Of a stretch of DNA of 64,000 nt, positions 47,338 through 60,275 are shown one piece after another (the stretch's first letter is position 1; every line of letters starts with the position of its first letter). This DNA comes from Mobula hypostoma. Lineage: Eukaryota. The stretch is from the NCBI RefSeq assembly GCF_963921235.1, contig NC_086097.1:68264001-68328000 (forward strand). The letters are read 5' to 3'. Position numbers and translations under genes: made by a program. Below the pieces are notes generated by a model that worked only from the letters and a program-made list of their open reading frames with translations, made no database searches and had not been told where the DNA came from.

Positions 47338-50260
47338 AGTCATAGAGTAGTACATCACAGCCTATCTGGACCATGCCGACTTGACCTTCTGCTTGGTCCC
47401 ATCTACCCATATCCTTCAAAGACCCTCCTATCCACATGCCTATCCAAACTTCGAGTTATATAGCACAGAAGCAGGGCCATCTGCCCAATTCATCCAAGCC
47501 AACCAACACGTCTTCTTAAGCTAGACCCATTTGCATGCATTCGACCCGTATCCCTCCAGACTTTTCTTATCCATTAATCTGTTCTTTTATATGTTGTAAA
47601 TTTACCACCCGTACCACTTTGTCTAGTTGTTCTTTCATAGATCAACTACCCTCAGTATGATAAAGCTGTCCCTCAGGTCTCTTTTAGATCTTTCCTTGAA
47701 CCTAAGCCCTCCAGTTTGAGAGTCTCTTACCACAGGGGAGAAAACTGTGACTATCTACCTTATCTATGCCCTGCATGATTTCATAAACCTCGATAAGGTC
47801 ATCACTCAGCCTCATTCACCCCAGAAAAAACAGTCCCACCCTATCCAGCCCTCCTTATAATTGAAGCCCTCCACTCCCAGCAACATCCCCATGAATCTTT
47901 TCTGTACCTACTCTAGCTTAATCACCTCCTTCCTATAGCATGGGAATCAGAAAAGTGCAGCATATTCCAGATGTCGTTTCACCAGTGTCCAATACAGACG
48001 TAACCTGACATCATTGCTTTTTCATTGAATGCCCTGTCAGTTCAAGTAAAGTGTGCCATAGGCCCTCTTCACCGCCTTGCCTACCCATGTGACCACTGTC
48101 GATGAGCTATATATTCAAAACACCGAGGCACAGGATAGCCTTTCTGTTATACAGTACTTCCCACGATGCTGTAATTTACTGTGCAAATGCTGCCCAGTTG
48201 AACTTCTCAAAATGCATCACTTTGCACTGCCCGAGTTAAATTCCACCTGCCCTTCCTTCGCCCAGTTTCCCAGCTGATGTAGGCCTAGTTGTAACCTTAA
48301 ACAACATTCTTTATTGTCCACCACATCATCAGTTTTGGTGCCATCCACAAACATTTTAACCATGACAACTACATTCTCATCCAAGTCATTAATATACATG
48401 ACAAATAACATTGGACCCAGAGACATAGCGGGGCACCACTGGTCATAAGCTTCCAATATGAAAAGCAACCTTCCACTATTACCCTTTCACCAAGGTAATT
48501 CTGTATCCAATTGGCTTCCCAATCCTGGATTGCATGCAACTTCATCTTCTGGACCAGTCCACCATGTGGGGCTTCATCAAAAGCTATGTCAATGCCCATG
48601 TAGACTATGTCTATTGTATTGCCCTTGCCAATGGGCTTCCTGACCTTTTCAAGAAATCAATCAAATTTGTAAGACATAATTTCCAATGTACTAAGCTATG
48701 CTATCCTTAATCAGTCCTTGCCTTTCCAAATTTAATTCGATCCTGTCTCTCAGAAATCCATCCAGTAACCCCATCACTTATGTCAGGCTCAACACCTATA
48801 GTGCCTGGCTTGCCCTTGCAGCCCTTTTTAAATTGAAGTATAAAATTAGTTTTCTGATACTTGCCCTGGGGCTAAGGAAGATACAAAAATCTCTGTAGCT
48901 TCCCTTGCTTCCTTCATGCGCTATGCTAAGAAAGATACAAAAATAATTAGCAAATTCTTACATTGCTTTCCACGTGTCAGGTCCCAGAGATTTATCCACC
49001 TTTATGTGCCTTAAGACTGTCAACAACTCTCCTTCATAACATCGATACATTTCAGGACCTTTTTGTTTTCTTCCCTGAATTCCCTAGATAGCATGTCCCT
49101 CGCCACAGTAAATAAAGAGAGATATTTGTTTAAGATTCCACCCATCTTTTACGGCTCCACACATAGGTCATCAAACTGATCTTCGAGGGAACCTATTCTT
49201 TCTATTGTTGCCTTTTTGCTGGTAATATACTTATCTGCCATGGATATCTCATGTCCCATTTTGCCCTCCTGATTTCCTTCCTAAGTATATTGCTACATCC
49301 CTCATACTCCTCAAGGGACTCCCTTGATCCCAGCTGCCTATAGTTGATATATTTCACCTTGTTTTGGATCTTATCCAGAGCCACAATAACCCTCATCAGC
49401 CAGAGATTCCTAATCCTGCCAACCTTGCCCTTCACTCTAACAGGAGCATGGTGGCTCCGAGTTCTCCCTTCCTCTCTTAAATGCTTCCACTCGCTAGATG
49501 CCCCTTACCAAGCTAACAACCTCTCCCAATCGACCTTTGCAAGTTCTTGCCTAATGTCATAAAATTTAGTATGACCTCAATTTATGACTTCAACCTGTGG
49601 ACCAGTCATATCTTATTCCATAACTATTTAAAAACTAAAACAATTATACTCATTGGTCCTGAAGTGCTCTCCCAATAACAATGCACCATATTGCCTGCCT
49701 CATTTCCCAATAGGAGGTCAAGTGTTGTCCCCTCTCTAGTAGGGTCATCTACCAAATCTTTGTGAAAACTTCCTTGAACACACTTAATAAATTCTGTTGA
49801 TCTAATCTCTTAGTAGTCCAGTCAATACTAGGGAAGATAAAATCACCCATGTTACCGCTCTGTTATTTCTACCGCTGTTTGTGTTGTTAGGGTTGTAATA
49901 ATGGGGGAATCTATTGTACAATTCTATCAAAATGATCACTCTCTTCTTATTCTGAAGTTCTACCCATATAGCCTGACAGGACTTCCCCAGGAATATCATC
50001 TCTAAGTACTGCTGTACTGTTTTCCCTACTCAAAAATGTAACTCTCCCTCCTCTCTTATCCCCACCTTTATCATGCCTGTAGCATCTGTACCCTGGAACA
50101 CTGAGTTGTTAGTCTTGCCCATTCTTCAACAGTGATTTTTGAAATAGTTATAATACCGCAATCCCAGGAAACTATACAGACTGCAAACTCACTTATCTTG
50201 CCTATCAAGCTTCTTACATTAAAAATAGATGCAGTTTAGCCTATCCGACCTTCCTCACTC
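47338..50260 (-). mobile_element. Long decayed CR1 LINE(s): endonuclease to 3' UTR, with tandem 3' tails
   Basis: QAIWVELQNKKRVIIL, LRKEIRRAK, LGPMLFVMYINDLDENV..FVDGTK; 3' UTR tails near 47340-47460 and 47460-47600. Approximate. Confidence 0.85.
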
Positions 50261-50294
50261 CCTACCATGGATACTGGATGTGCCAGATGACCAC

Positions 50295-51860
50295 CTTTTT
50301 TATTTTTTATTTATTCATTTACGGGATGTGGGCATCACCAACTAAGCCAGCATTTATTGCCCATCCCTAGTTGCCCTTGAGAAGGTGGTGACGAGCTGCC
50401 TTCTTGAACTGCTGCAGTCCCTGAGGTGTAGGTACACCCACAGTGCTGTTAGGAAGGAAATTCTATGATTTTGACCCAGTGACAATGAAGGAATGGCGAT
50501 ATGTTTCCAAGTCAGGATGGTGAGTGATTTGGAGGGAGATTTCCAGGTGGTGGTGTTCCGAGGTATTTGCTGTTCTCGTCTTTCTAGATGGTACCGGTTG
50601 TGCATCTGGAAGGTGCTTCCTTAGGAACTTTGGTGTGTTGTTGCAGTGGATCTTGTAGATAGTACACACTGCTGCAACTGTTCGTCGATGGCGGAGGGAC
50701 TGGATGCTTGTGGAAGGGGTGCCAATCAAGTGGGCTACCTTGTACTGAATGGTGTCAAGTTTCTTGAGTGTTGATGGAGCTGCGCTCATCCAGGCAAGTG
50801 GTGAGTATTCCATGACAGTCCTGACCTGAGCTTTGTAGATAGTGGACAGGCTTTGGGGAGTCAGGAGGTGAGTTAGACATCACAGGATTCTTATCCTTTG
50901 ACCTGCTCTGGTTTCTATGGCTAGACCAGTTCAGTTTCCTGTCAATGGTAAACCCCAGGATGTTGACAGTAGGGGATTCAGTGATAGTAATGCCACTGAA
51001 TGTCAAAGGACAATGGTTAGAGCCTCTCTTGTTGGAGACGGTCATGGCCTGACACTTGCGTATCTCGAATGTTACTTGCCACTTGTCAGCCCAAGCCTGG
51101 ATATTGTCCGGGTCCTGCTGCATTTCAGTATGAACTGCTTCACTATCTGAGGTGTCACAAATGGTACAAAATACTGTGCAGATACCTGCGAACATCCACA
51201 CTTCTGACCTAACGCGGAAGGAAGGTCATTGATGAAGCAGCTGAAGATGGTTGGTCCTAGGACACTTCCCCGAGGAACTCCAGCAGTGATGATTGACCTC
51301 CAACCACGACAACCAGCTTCCTCTGTGTCAAGTATGATTCCAATCATCAGAGAGTTTTCCCCCTAATTCCCATTGTCATAATTTTAGGGCATCTTGATGC
51401 CATATTCGGTCAAGTGTTGTCTTGATGTCAAGGACTATCACTTTCACCTCACCTCTGGTATTTAGCTCTTTGGTCCATGTTTGGACCAAGGGGGTGATAA
51501 GGTCAGCTGCCGGGTGGCCTTAACAGAACCCAAACTGGGCATCCGTAAGCAGGTTATTGCCAAGTAGGTGCTGCAAGATAGCACTGTAGATGATCCCTTC
51601 CATTACTTTGCCGATGATTGAAGGTAGGCTGACAGGGCGGTAATTGTCTGGGTTGGACTTGTCCTGTTTCTTGTGTACAGGACATACCTGGGCAATTTTC
51701 CACATTGCTAGGTAGATGCCAGTGTTGTAGCTGTACTGGGACAGCTTGGCTAGTGGTGCGGCAAGTTCTGGAGCACAAGTCTTCAGGACTATTGCTGGGA
51801 CTTTAGCTGGGCCCATAGCGTTTGCAGTATCCAGTGCTTTCAGCCATTTCTTGATATGCC
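50295..51860 (-). mobile_element. CR1-superfamily LINE of a different family, 5'-truncated
   Basis: LKALDTANAMGP..LKTCAPELAAPL..WKIAQVCPVHKK..NYRPVSL; AGVPRGSVLGPTIFSCFINDLP; WADKWQVTF; MEYSPLAW; short UTR and A-rich tail. Confidence 0.9.
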
Positions 51861-52155
51861 ATATATTTCTATCATTCCATAACCCTATGCATGCAAGCAC
51901 TCAGCTCAAAAATCCATAAACAATAAGTCAGTACTTCCCTAATTCAATTTTTTTACTCCAAAACTTGAACCTAGAAATAACAAAAAAACCTACACAGATG
52001 TTCAAAAAATTGCATACATTATGACAATTTTAAAACTTAATACAAAGTATACCGAGGGATGTTGCCTTCCATGTAGCAGATGTTCTGAACTTCCCAACAA
52101 CAGGATTACATCTCACTATATATAATCATTTTGAAAACCTACTCCAAAATATCTA

Positions 52156-52351
52156 AACATGAGAAAATCTCCAGATGCTGGAAATTCAAGCAACACACAC
52201 AAAATGCTGGTGGAACACAGCAGGCCAAGCAGCATCTACAGGAAGAAGTACAGTCGATGTTCGAAGGGTCTCGGCCCAAAACGTCGACTGTACTTCTTCC
52301 TATACATGCTGCCTGGCCTGCTGCGTTCCACCAGCATTTAGTGTGTGTTGT
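52156..52351. mobile_element. Penelope-terminus-derived hairpin insertion
   Basis: About 71-bp inverted arms (52191-52261, 52280-52350) around cgaagggtctcggccca; 13-bp TSD tccaaaatatcta (52143-52155) / tccaaactatcta (52352-52364). Confidence 0.88.
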
Positions 52352-52669
52352 TCCAAACTATCTAGATTATTTTTGAACAGGGATGTCATTCCATACTGTT
52401 GAACTGCTAAAAGGCACAATCCAAAACAAATAAAAAGCAGAAAAACTTCTATGCATTCAAATCTGATTTCATAGCATGCTAAATATCTAAAACAAATACT
52501 TCAGAAACCCTCATTCTTCAGCTTTCTTTGCAATCTAAAAATAACTTCCATTCCTCGAAATGTCTGACTCATCTTTAAAATCTTCCCCTTTCAGAAAAAA
52601 AGAGCTAAATCAGTTCTTCATGCTCTTATAAAAATAATCTACACAATGAGTTTACTAAATGATTTCAGA

Positions 52670-53045
52670 CAGATGGGGCTTGTCAGCCACAGTTGGCAGC
52701 TCATCCAGGAGAAGGAAAATTCTGGTCTCAAATCTCCGCTGGCTTGCAGTTATACCCACTCTTTGGGAAGGCTTGAGGAGTAAATCCCGAGGAAAGATCT
52801 GGAGCTGAAGGTAGCCCTACATTGAGTTCAACTCTGCCTGGCAACTCCTGCGATGCCACTGGTGCCAAACTGTATCGGTGTGTCATTCCCTTGGATTGAT
52901 CAGCTGTGTAGAGAGTGGGAGCCAGCTGCATGGGCAACTGCTTGCTCTCCATATCATACTGCCCTGGCTTGCTTATCACACAGACAACCAGGATGCAATA
53001 TCCACGGTCAACCCCGTTCGATGGAGGGCCTCATGACTACATGAT
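52670..53045 (+). mobile_element. Probable RTE-derived non-autonomous element
   Basis: GC-richer island; aggagaaggaaaattctggtctcaaatctcc resembles RTE 5' UTR motifs; 3' cgttcgatggagggc resembles the RTE end at about 2110. Confidence 0.5.
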
Positions 53046-55407
53046 ATAATAAAGATTGACTTAATCTACATGTTAAGAAGCATGAGACATGAGTTCCTTG
53101 CATCAGTCCATTTTACTATCAAATTTTCATTATTGTTAGCAATTCATTAGAACAACTGATTAAATATTGTGTAGTTTTATGGTCGTACCATTAACAGAAA
53201 GTTAATTTATATATTTTTGCTATAATTGCAATAATACAACTTCCCATTTACCTTGCAACAAAATTCCCCAAAGTTATTCTATATTTTAGGTAATTTCTGA
53301 TAATGCTTTGCTTCATTATTCCTGCTTCCTTAATTGTAGGAGCCAAATGATAGTTTCATCTTTATAGCATCAATGAGACAGGCAAAACTAAACAACCTCT
53401 CGGCTAATGTTTGTAGTTATTGACATTTGATATTCAACAAAACAACAGAATAAAATAATTTGATTTATTTGCTGACATATTTCTATGATGCGTATCTCAT
53501 CAAGTGAATTGGAAATTTTAGGCATTCAAATTCAAACCAATGTGAAAAAAATCCATTTTTATCAGATTATTAACTGATATTTTTGCAGCAAAGTATTTAT
53601 TCATGCCATATTATTATATTGAACATTAAACCAAAATAAATTATATTTTGAGTTGAATAAATCAAACTTTTCTCAAAATTCCTTTGAATATGCAAATATA
53701 TAATAAGTCTCTGGAAAAATTACAAGGATGCCTTCTATGAATATGTTTCCAGTGATCCATATAGCACAAATAGACATTTTTGTTTTAATTTAAGTTGCAC
53801 TAAATATAAATTATGGTTGAGAAATACCCTTCTCATATAACCACAAGAGACAACTATTCTTCCTCCTGAAATTAATAAGCTTAACTAAAATGGAGTGTTA
53901 ACTTTTAAATCTGTAAACCTTTCTCACTTCATCTTTTCTGCAGTCCACATCTATGTCACTATTATCTATCAATTGTACTCATATCTTTCATAAAGTATTA
54001 GTTCTCACAACTTCTCTTAATGTGTCACACACTAGTTTTCAATATGACATTATTACACCCAATATTCCTATATACTGTATGTGCTGGCTTTAAATAATAT
54101 TATTGCGAGAATGCATTCAATATTCTTATGCCCTCCAGTAATATCCAGTTCTACCTCTCTCTCCAGCTCATCAACTCAAAGAGCTCGATCTGTCTTTCTA
54201 TATGAATCAACATTTCCTCAAGTTTATTGATGATAATGTTAGACAGATTCTGCTTGAGTGCCTTTCTGGTGCCTCTGACACTCATTTCAACTGTAATATT
54301 AAGCTGTACATGCTCTTCCACTCTCCAGCAGCAAAGCAAGTATTTCCTCGTAATACCATTTGCTTTTGTCCATATCTCCCTCTATCAAAGAACCCCAATA
54401 CATGACTTCATATTATCTAGATAGTATTTTTTCCAATTTCTCTTGTTTTCACACTTCCCTCAACACAATATCAAATTCACTCAAATTTCTGAGTTCCATG
54501 TTCTCACCCAAGCTAAGTCCTATTAGACATACTCATCATCTTTGTCTACTGAAATGAATGGTAATCTCACATCTGAATTTTTCTTGAGTTCACCCCATAC
54601 TATTTCAGTTATCATCTCTAACCTCACTTCTCAACCATGTTTCTCTTCAGTGATTCAGGTAGATCTTTGACCAACTCCATTCGCCTTGATATATCCATCC
54701 ACGATTTCCATTTTCCTTGACATCCCTTTTCCACTTTACATCCATTTTACCACTGGTTTTCTTCCTCAGTGGAAAGGATGTTGCTACATGTGGAAAACTA
54801 TAAAAATATAGACAACATTTAAGATTTGAAGTTTCAGTGGCAGGCCATAAGTGTGATACGAACATTTCAGTTGTTCACATTTATCACAAACACAGGCCAA
54901 TTTTCTCTTTACCGACTGTATTTCTTTAATCTAATTTCTTTCCTTTGCTTTCATTTTGAGTGCTAACCATCATCCATTTATTTTCATTCTCAGCTCCCCT
55001 ATCCTCTGAGGAACGGAATGTAGATGCTTTAAAGAATGCTTAGATAATCAAGTCAAACTTCAAGATAAATAAATAAGATTTTGATGCAATGCTTTGATCT
55101 CTGGTGTTTTTATATTAACTTCTGAGTACATATCCAAACAAGCACCGAACCTCAATTTCTATCTCCTGTCTCAACTCATCTGGTGTTAAGATCCTCATCC
55201 ATCTTTGTCACTTCTACACTTGACTGTTATAATGCACTTCTGGCTGAAATCCAATCACTCATCATCCTTAAACCCAAGTGTGTCAAATGCTCTGAGGTCT
55301 TTACTCTAACTCACAACACAATTTTTTTCCTCTGCTCTAATCCGGCCATATGTGACTTGCCATCAAATATGGGAAGTGCCTTGGCTCGTTTCACTACATT
55401 AGTGGCC

Positions 55408-55596
55408 CTGTTGTTATTCCTCTCTGCACCTTATGGCACCTCGGGCAGCAACCTTGCCGTTCATCTAGCATTTGTTTGTCTTTTTTTACAAGGCTGAGTT
55501 GCTAACTCAGCCCTGCATGGATGGAAAGTGCCAGATTCGAACCCGCAACCACTCACCTCGAAGTCCGGTGCAGATGCCATTACACCACCAGCCAGC
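55408..55596 (-). mobile_element. tRNA-derived SINE
   Basis: Reverse strand has A box tggtgtaatgg and B box ggttcgaatc; aataacaaca tail; perfect 8-bp TSD tagtggcc (55400-55407, 55597-55604). Confidence 0.85.
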
Positions 55597-56179
55597 TAGT
55601 GGCCTACTTAAACATAAATAGTTGTGTCCGTAGTTGAAAAATTTAATATAACATTAAGATTTATCAAGGGACAACCTCTATAATATCAAAATGCTGTATA
55701 AAGATTTATTCAATTAATTACCTTTTGAATTGCTACAGCTATTGTCATATAAGTAGAGAGATTAGCTCATCTAAAAGTACACTCTGTCGTCATGGCATGA
55801 ATGTTTAAGGACTATTCATTGGGGAGATTCATTGCTCTTCTTCAAATTATGACATGAGATCCTTAATATCAACAACAGATATATAAAAAGTTGGAGGAAT
55901 CTCAATTTAATATCTCATCCAAAGATTACCACTTATATTGATGTACTACCTGCAAAAAAGCCACCTACTGCAATCTTAAACCCAACAAACACAAGGGCAA
56001 AAACAAGAATTCCCTTAACCAGAGCTGAGTTGCCAGTTACTTTGGTTTATGAACATCATGTTCATTGGCAATTTTGGTTAGAAAAGAAAATTTCTGCAAT
56101 AAGTGCAGAAGTGAAGACCTCATTAATAATGTTATTACCCACAGTTTGAAGAAGGCAGAGCTTCTGTCAAAAGTGCTAG

Positions 56180-57130
56180 AGATCTGGATGATAATGTGGT
56201 AAATTGGATCAGTAAATTTGCTGATGATACAAAGATTGGAGGTGTGGTAGACAGTGAGGAAGGTTTTCAGAGCCTGCAGAGGGACTTGGACCAGCTGGAA
56301 AAATGGGCTGAAAAATGGCAGATGGAGTTTAATACAGACAAGTGTGAGGTATTGCACGTTGGAAGGACAAACCAAGGTAGAACATACAGGGTTAATGGTA
56401 AGGCACTGAGGAGTGCAGTGGAACAGAGGGATCTGGGAATACAGATACAAAATTCCCTAAAAGTGGCGTCACAGGTAGATAGGGTCGTAAAGAGAGCTTT
56501 TGGTACATTGGCCTTTATTAATCGAAGTATTGAGTATAAGAGCTGGAATGTTATGATGAGGTTGTATAAGGCATTGGTGAGGCCGAATCTGGAGTATTGT
56601 GTTCAGTTTTGGTCACCAAATTACAGGAAGGATATAAATAAGGTTGGAAGGGTGCAGAGAAGGTTTACAAGGATGTTGCCGGGACTTGAGAAACTCAGTT
56701 ACAGAGAAAGGTTGAATAGGTTAGGGCTTTATTCCCTGGAGCGTAGAAGAATGAGGGGAGATTTGATAGAGGTATATAAAATTATGATGGGTATAGATAG
56801 AGTGAATGCAAGCAGGCTTTTTCCACTGGGGCAAGGGGAGAAAAAAACCAGAGGACATGGGTTAAGGGTGAGGGGGGAAAAGTTTAAAGGGAACATTGGG
56901 GGGGCTTCTTCACACAGAGAGTGGTGGGAATATGGAATGAGCTGCCAGACGAGGTGGTAAATGCGGGTTCTTTTTTAACATTTAAGAATAAATTGGACAG
57001 ATACATGGATGGGAGGTGTATGGAGGGATATGGTCTGTGTGCAGGTCAGTGGGACTAGGCAGAAAATGGTTCGGCACAGCCAAGAAGGGCCAAAAAGGCC
57101 TGTTTCTGTGCTGTAGTTTCTACGGTTCTA
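56180..57130 (+). mobile_element. Young 5'-truncated CR1 LINE
   Basis: 254-aa ORF WISKFADDTKIGG...WAEKWQMEFN...LYKALVRPNLEYCVQFWSP..., with a frameshift near 56900; intact 3' UTR and tail. Confidence 0.95.
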
Positions 57131-57605
57131 AATTTATTTGTTCTGGTTTAGGAGTATTCTGAATCACATTAATACTGTTTTCAAAAGTTGCAAAATGATC
57201 ATGAGCCTCCTTTGCAATTCTCATGCAATAGTCCATTCTTTTTTTACCCAGTTTTTTTATACGTTAGAAAATTCGCAATCTTGTAAAGAAATCAAAACCA
57301 GTGCTGCACCTGTGATCTTAGGTTCAAGTCCTTATACAGACCAGAACGATGCACTGCTGCTCCAATTTATATATGTTGCTCAGGCTAAGAAAGCCCTTGA
57401 CCCGAGAAGTGGAAGATGGAAACGTACTTACAAGTTCTTGGGTAGGGACTGAAGTAACATCTGGGCCCACCTGGCAGCATGTGATAAAGGAGCCAACAAT
57501 CTCAAATGAGAGCCGAGAAATATGATGCATGCAAAATTAGGTGGTTTAGTAGTCAATTTGCTTAAGGAGTAGCCCAGAAGCTTGAACAAAGCAGTTGTTT
57601 ACATT

Positions 57606-57783
57606 CATAGAACATACAACATAGAACAGTACAGCACAGTACAGGCCTTTCGACCACAATGTTGTGCCGATCTCTTAGCCTACTTCAAGATCAATCTGAC
57701 CCTTTGTTCCTACATAAACCGCCCCCCCCCATTTTTCTTTCATCTTTGTGCCTATTTCAGACTCTTAAATGTTCCTAATGTAT
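57606..57783 (-). mobile_element. CR1 3' tail
   Basis: catagaacatacaacatagaacagtacagcacagtacaggcc. Confidence 0.85.
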
Positions 57784-57821
57784 TTAAATGTACAATATAT
57801 TCTAACATCTGTAATCTAATG

Positions 57822-58601
57822 CAGCCTTCCTCAACCTTTTTGGCCTGGAGGAACACTTGAAATAATCTTCAGGTCTCAGGAAACCCTTGTGTAAAATTTA
57901 CTATATTTACAGCTCTTGGTACATTGGTGTGATCAGTAAGTTGTAGACATAATCATCCAAAAATAATTGTCAATGCTCTTTTGAGTAAGAATGACTTTTC
58001 AGCCAACCTTTCTTTTAAAAAATAGGTAATTAAGCTCAGTTTATCTTCCTTGAAATTAATCTCTTTTGTTCCTTTTCATAAATTTTAAAAACTCTTAAGG
58101 CAAACATAATAAATTTCTGTTAAATAACTGGCTAAAGCCAAAATGGGACTTAATTTTTCTAAAGGTAGGCTCAGTAGATTTAATTTAAATAAAGGTTGTA
58201 AATTGATTTTAATTAATGCTATTTACAACATGAGAATTTATTGACAATGTTGAATAGTTAAGTTACTAAAAACCATAAGCCAATGCAACATGAATAAAAT
58301 GAACATGTTCAATGCTCGGAAAATACACTTCACACTCCTCATCAGCCTACCGTCCACCCCTCCATGCAATATAGCGCTTGTCAATTATCAGTGGCCTCCC
58401 CTATCTCATATCAAAAACTGGGAATGGACTCAACCATACTGGGCTGAGAGATCTCCAATGGGGCTGCTCAGTCATTGCTCACCACTGCGAGTGCTGGCAA
58501 CAACACATGACGCAAAATCCAAAATATGATATTTTCTTTTAATCATAATTTCTTGTGGAATCCCTAGCAACCTCTCGCAGAACCCCAGTTGAGAAAACCT
58601 G
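57822..58601. mobile_element. Non-autonomous hAT (Charlie/Buster type) element
   Basis: TIRs cagccttcctcaacc and gttgagaaaacctg; 8-bp TSD atctaatg (57814-57821) / atctaata (58602-58609) with central TA; gaaccc-type subterminal motifs. Confidence 0.88.
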
Positions 58602-59439
58602 ATCTAATACAAGGTATATGTGATTAAATTTAAACATATCAAGGCTCTTCAACAGAACATTTGGAATATTTTGTTTAGTTAATCAGCCAAACTTTGAGGC
58701 ACATAAATAGATATAACATAAACATTACGCCCATCTGAATATTTTTTTACACTGTGGTACTTGAGCCAAAGATGAACTTCAGACTGCATAAACATGCAAT
58801 TATGAAATGTCTCGTAATTTCTTTGTCCCTGTTAATCTCCTAGAGAACCCTGGTTACTAATCCATGGTTACTTCCACCACTAGGGAGAACCTGGGAAGCC
58901 GGTGCATTTGTGCACCACCTGTTTCATGAACACATAAAACCCTGACTACGGAATAGTTATGGGTGCCTTCAGAGTGATGCAGATAATGAAATATTATTTT
59001 GAAGAGATCAACAGTGGTCACAGTGATCAACAGAGAGCGGTTATCTTCCAATATATCAAACAGGGCAATATTGGATTTTAATGATAATAGGTTACTGTTG
59101 CTAGCTTTCAGAGTGCTATGAGCAGTCAGGATAGATAACATTGATCATGAGGAAGCTTCTTTGATTATCAGCCATGAATAGGCATTGAATTAATAGAGAA
59201 GTTCCTGGTTCTTAAGGAGAACTTCAATTGTTACTGAAGTATAGTCATGATGAGGTGAGATTGATGTTGCCTACAACACTAGCAACTCTCTCTATGCCTC
59301 ATCTAGACAAAATTAAAAGTGGCATTTCTCTGAGAACTCAAGTCAAGTCGAGTTGGTTGTCAATTGCACAAATGCAGGTATGCCTAGGTGCAATGCAAAG
59401 CTTAATTGCACCAGCATCATAGGCTAAGCATATGCAAGA

Positions 59440-59712
59440 TGGGGCAATATGGTAGTGTAGCAGTAAGTGTAATGCTATTAAAGCTTCAGAGTTCAATTCT
59501 AGCATGCTCTGTAAGGAGTTTGTACATTCTCCCCATGGAACATGTGGGTTTTCTCTACATGCTCAGGTTTCCTCTCACAGTCCAAAGATGTGCTGGTTAG
59601 TAGGTTCACTGGTCATTGTAAATTGTCCTGTGATTAGTTTGGGTTAAATCGGGCATTGTCAGAGGTTGCTGGACTGCCCTATTCCATATGATATCTCTGA
59701 ATAAATAAATAT
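59440..59712 (+). mobile_element. V-SINE (HE1-like)
   Basis: ggggcaatatggtagtgtagcag; B-box-like gagttcaattc; core gtgggttttctct...ggtttcctctcacagtccaaaga; (taaa)n tail. Confidence 0.85.
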
Positions 59713-59994
59713 AAATTAAAGACTTGTACTAATTATCCCTGCTGCATTACTCTGCTCTCCTACAGTAGAAGTTCATGGTGAGACATGAGAAAACATAAAA
59801 CACTTTCTATATCTCAGGAACTAACTCACAGCAAAGGCAGACGGTAATGATGAAATTCACCATCACCTTCAATGTATCAGCATGTTAGTCAATAGAAGAA
59901 CAGAGTATTTTCACAGACTTGGCACAAAATTTATGGTGCACCAAGTAGTAGTAAGCCCTGCCCTCCGTGCCCTTCTGAGAAATAGACAACTACA

Positions 59995-60275
59995 GCAAGT
60001 ATCTTCAAGGCACTGGAAAATACCATCAGTACTGCCTCCATGCATTCCTGAAAATAAGTAAAACAGTGTTGCTATTCCCTCCCTGGCCACATCTTCAACA
60101 CTGATGTTCTAGTTACATTCAGACAATAATTTTGCATAGGCCATCTTATTCACATGTCCAACAACATGCTCTTAAAAGAGGCACTTTACTCTGAGCTGTC
60201 ATGGAAAGAGCTTACCAAGAGAAAGAAAAAAGATTCAGTTGATGTGTTCAAAGCCACCTTGAAGAATGCCAATAA
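59995..60275 (+). mobile_element. Old RTE LINE fragment
   Basis: GHLIHMSNNMLLKEALYSELS...KDSVDVFKATLK resembles the RTE C-terminal region. Confidence 0.6.

Noticed and set aside
52191..52350. pre-miRNA or DNA-transposon MITE
   Set aside because: The arms are inverted copies of a Penelope terminal repeat, the inverted repeat is not terminal on the left side, and duplication length varies between copies. Small-RNA processing cannot be judged from sequence.
55520..55596. tRNA gene
   Set aside because: A and B boxes are present but the acceptor stem is incomplete; it is the head of a TSD-flanked SINE.
56196..56960. Longest ORF (254 aa) as a functional gene
   Set aside because: It is the 5'-truncated C-terminal half of a CR1 RT, with a terminal frameshift.
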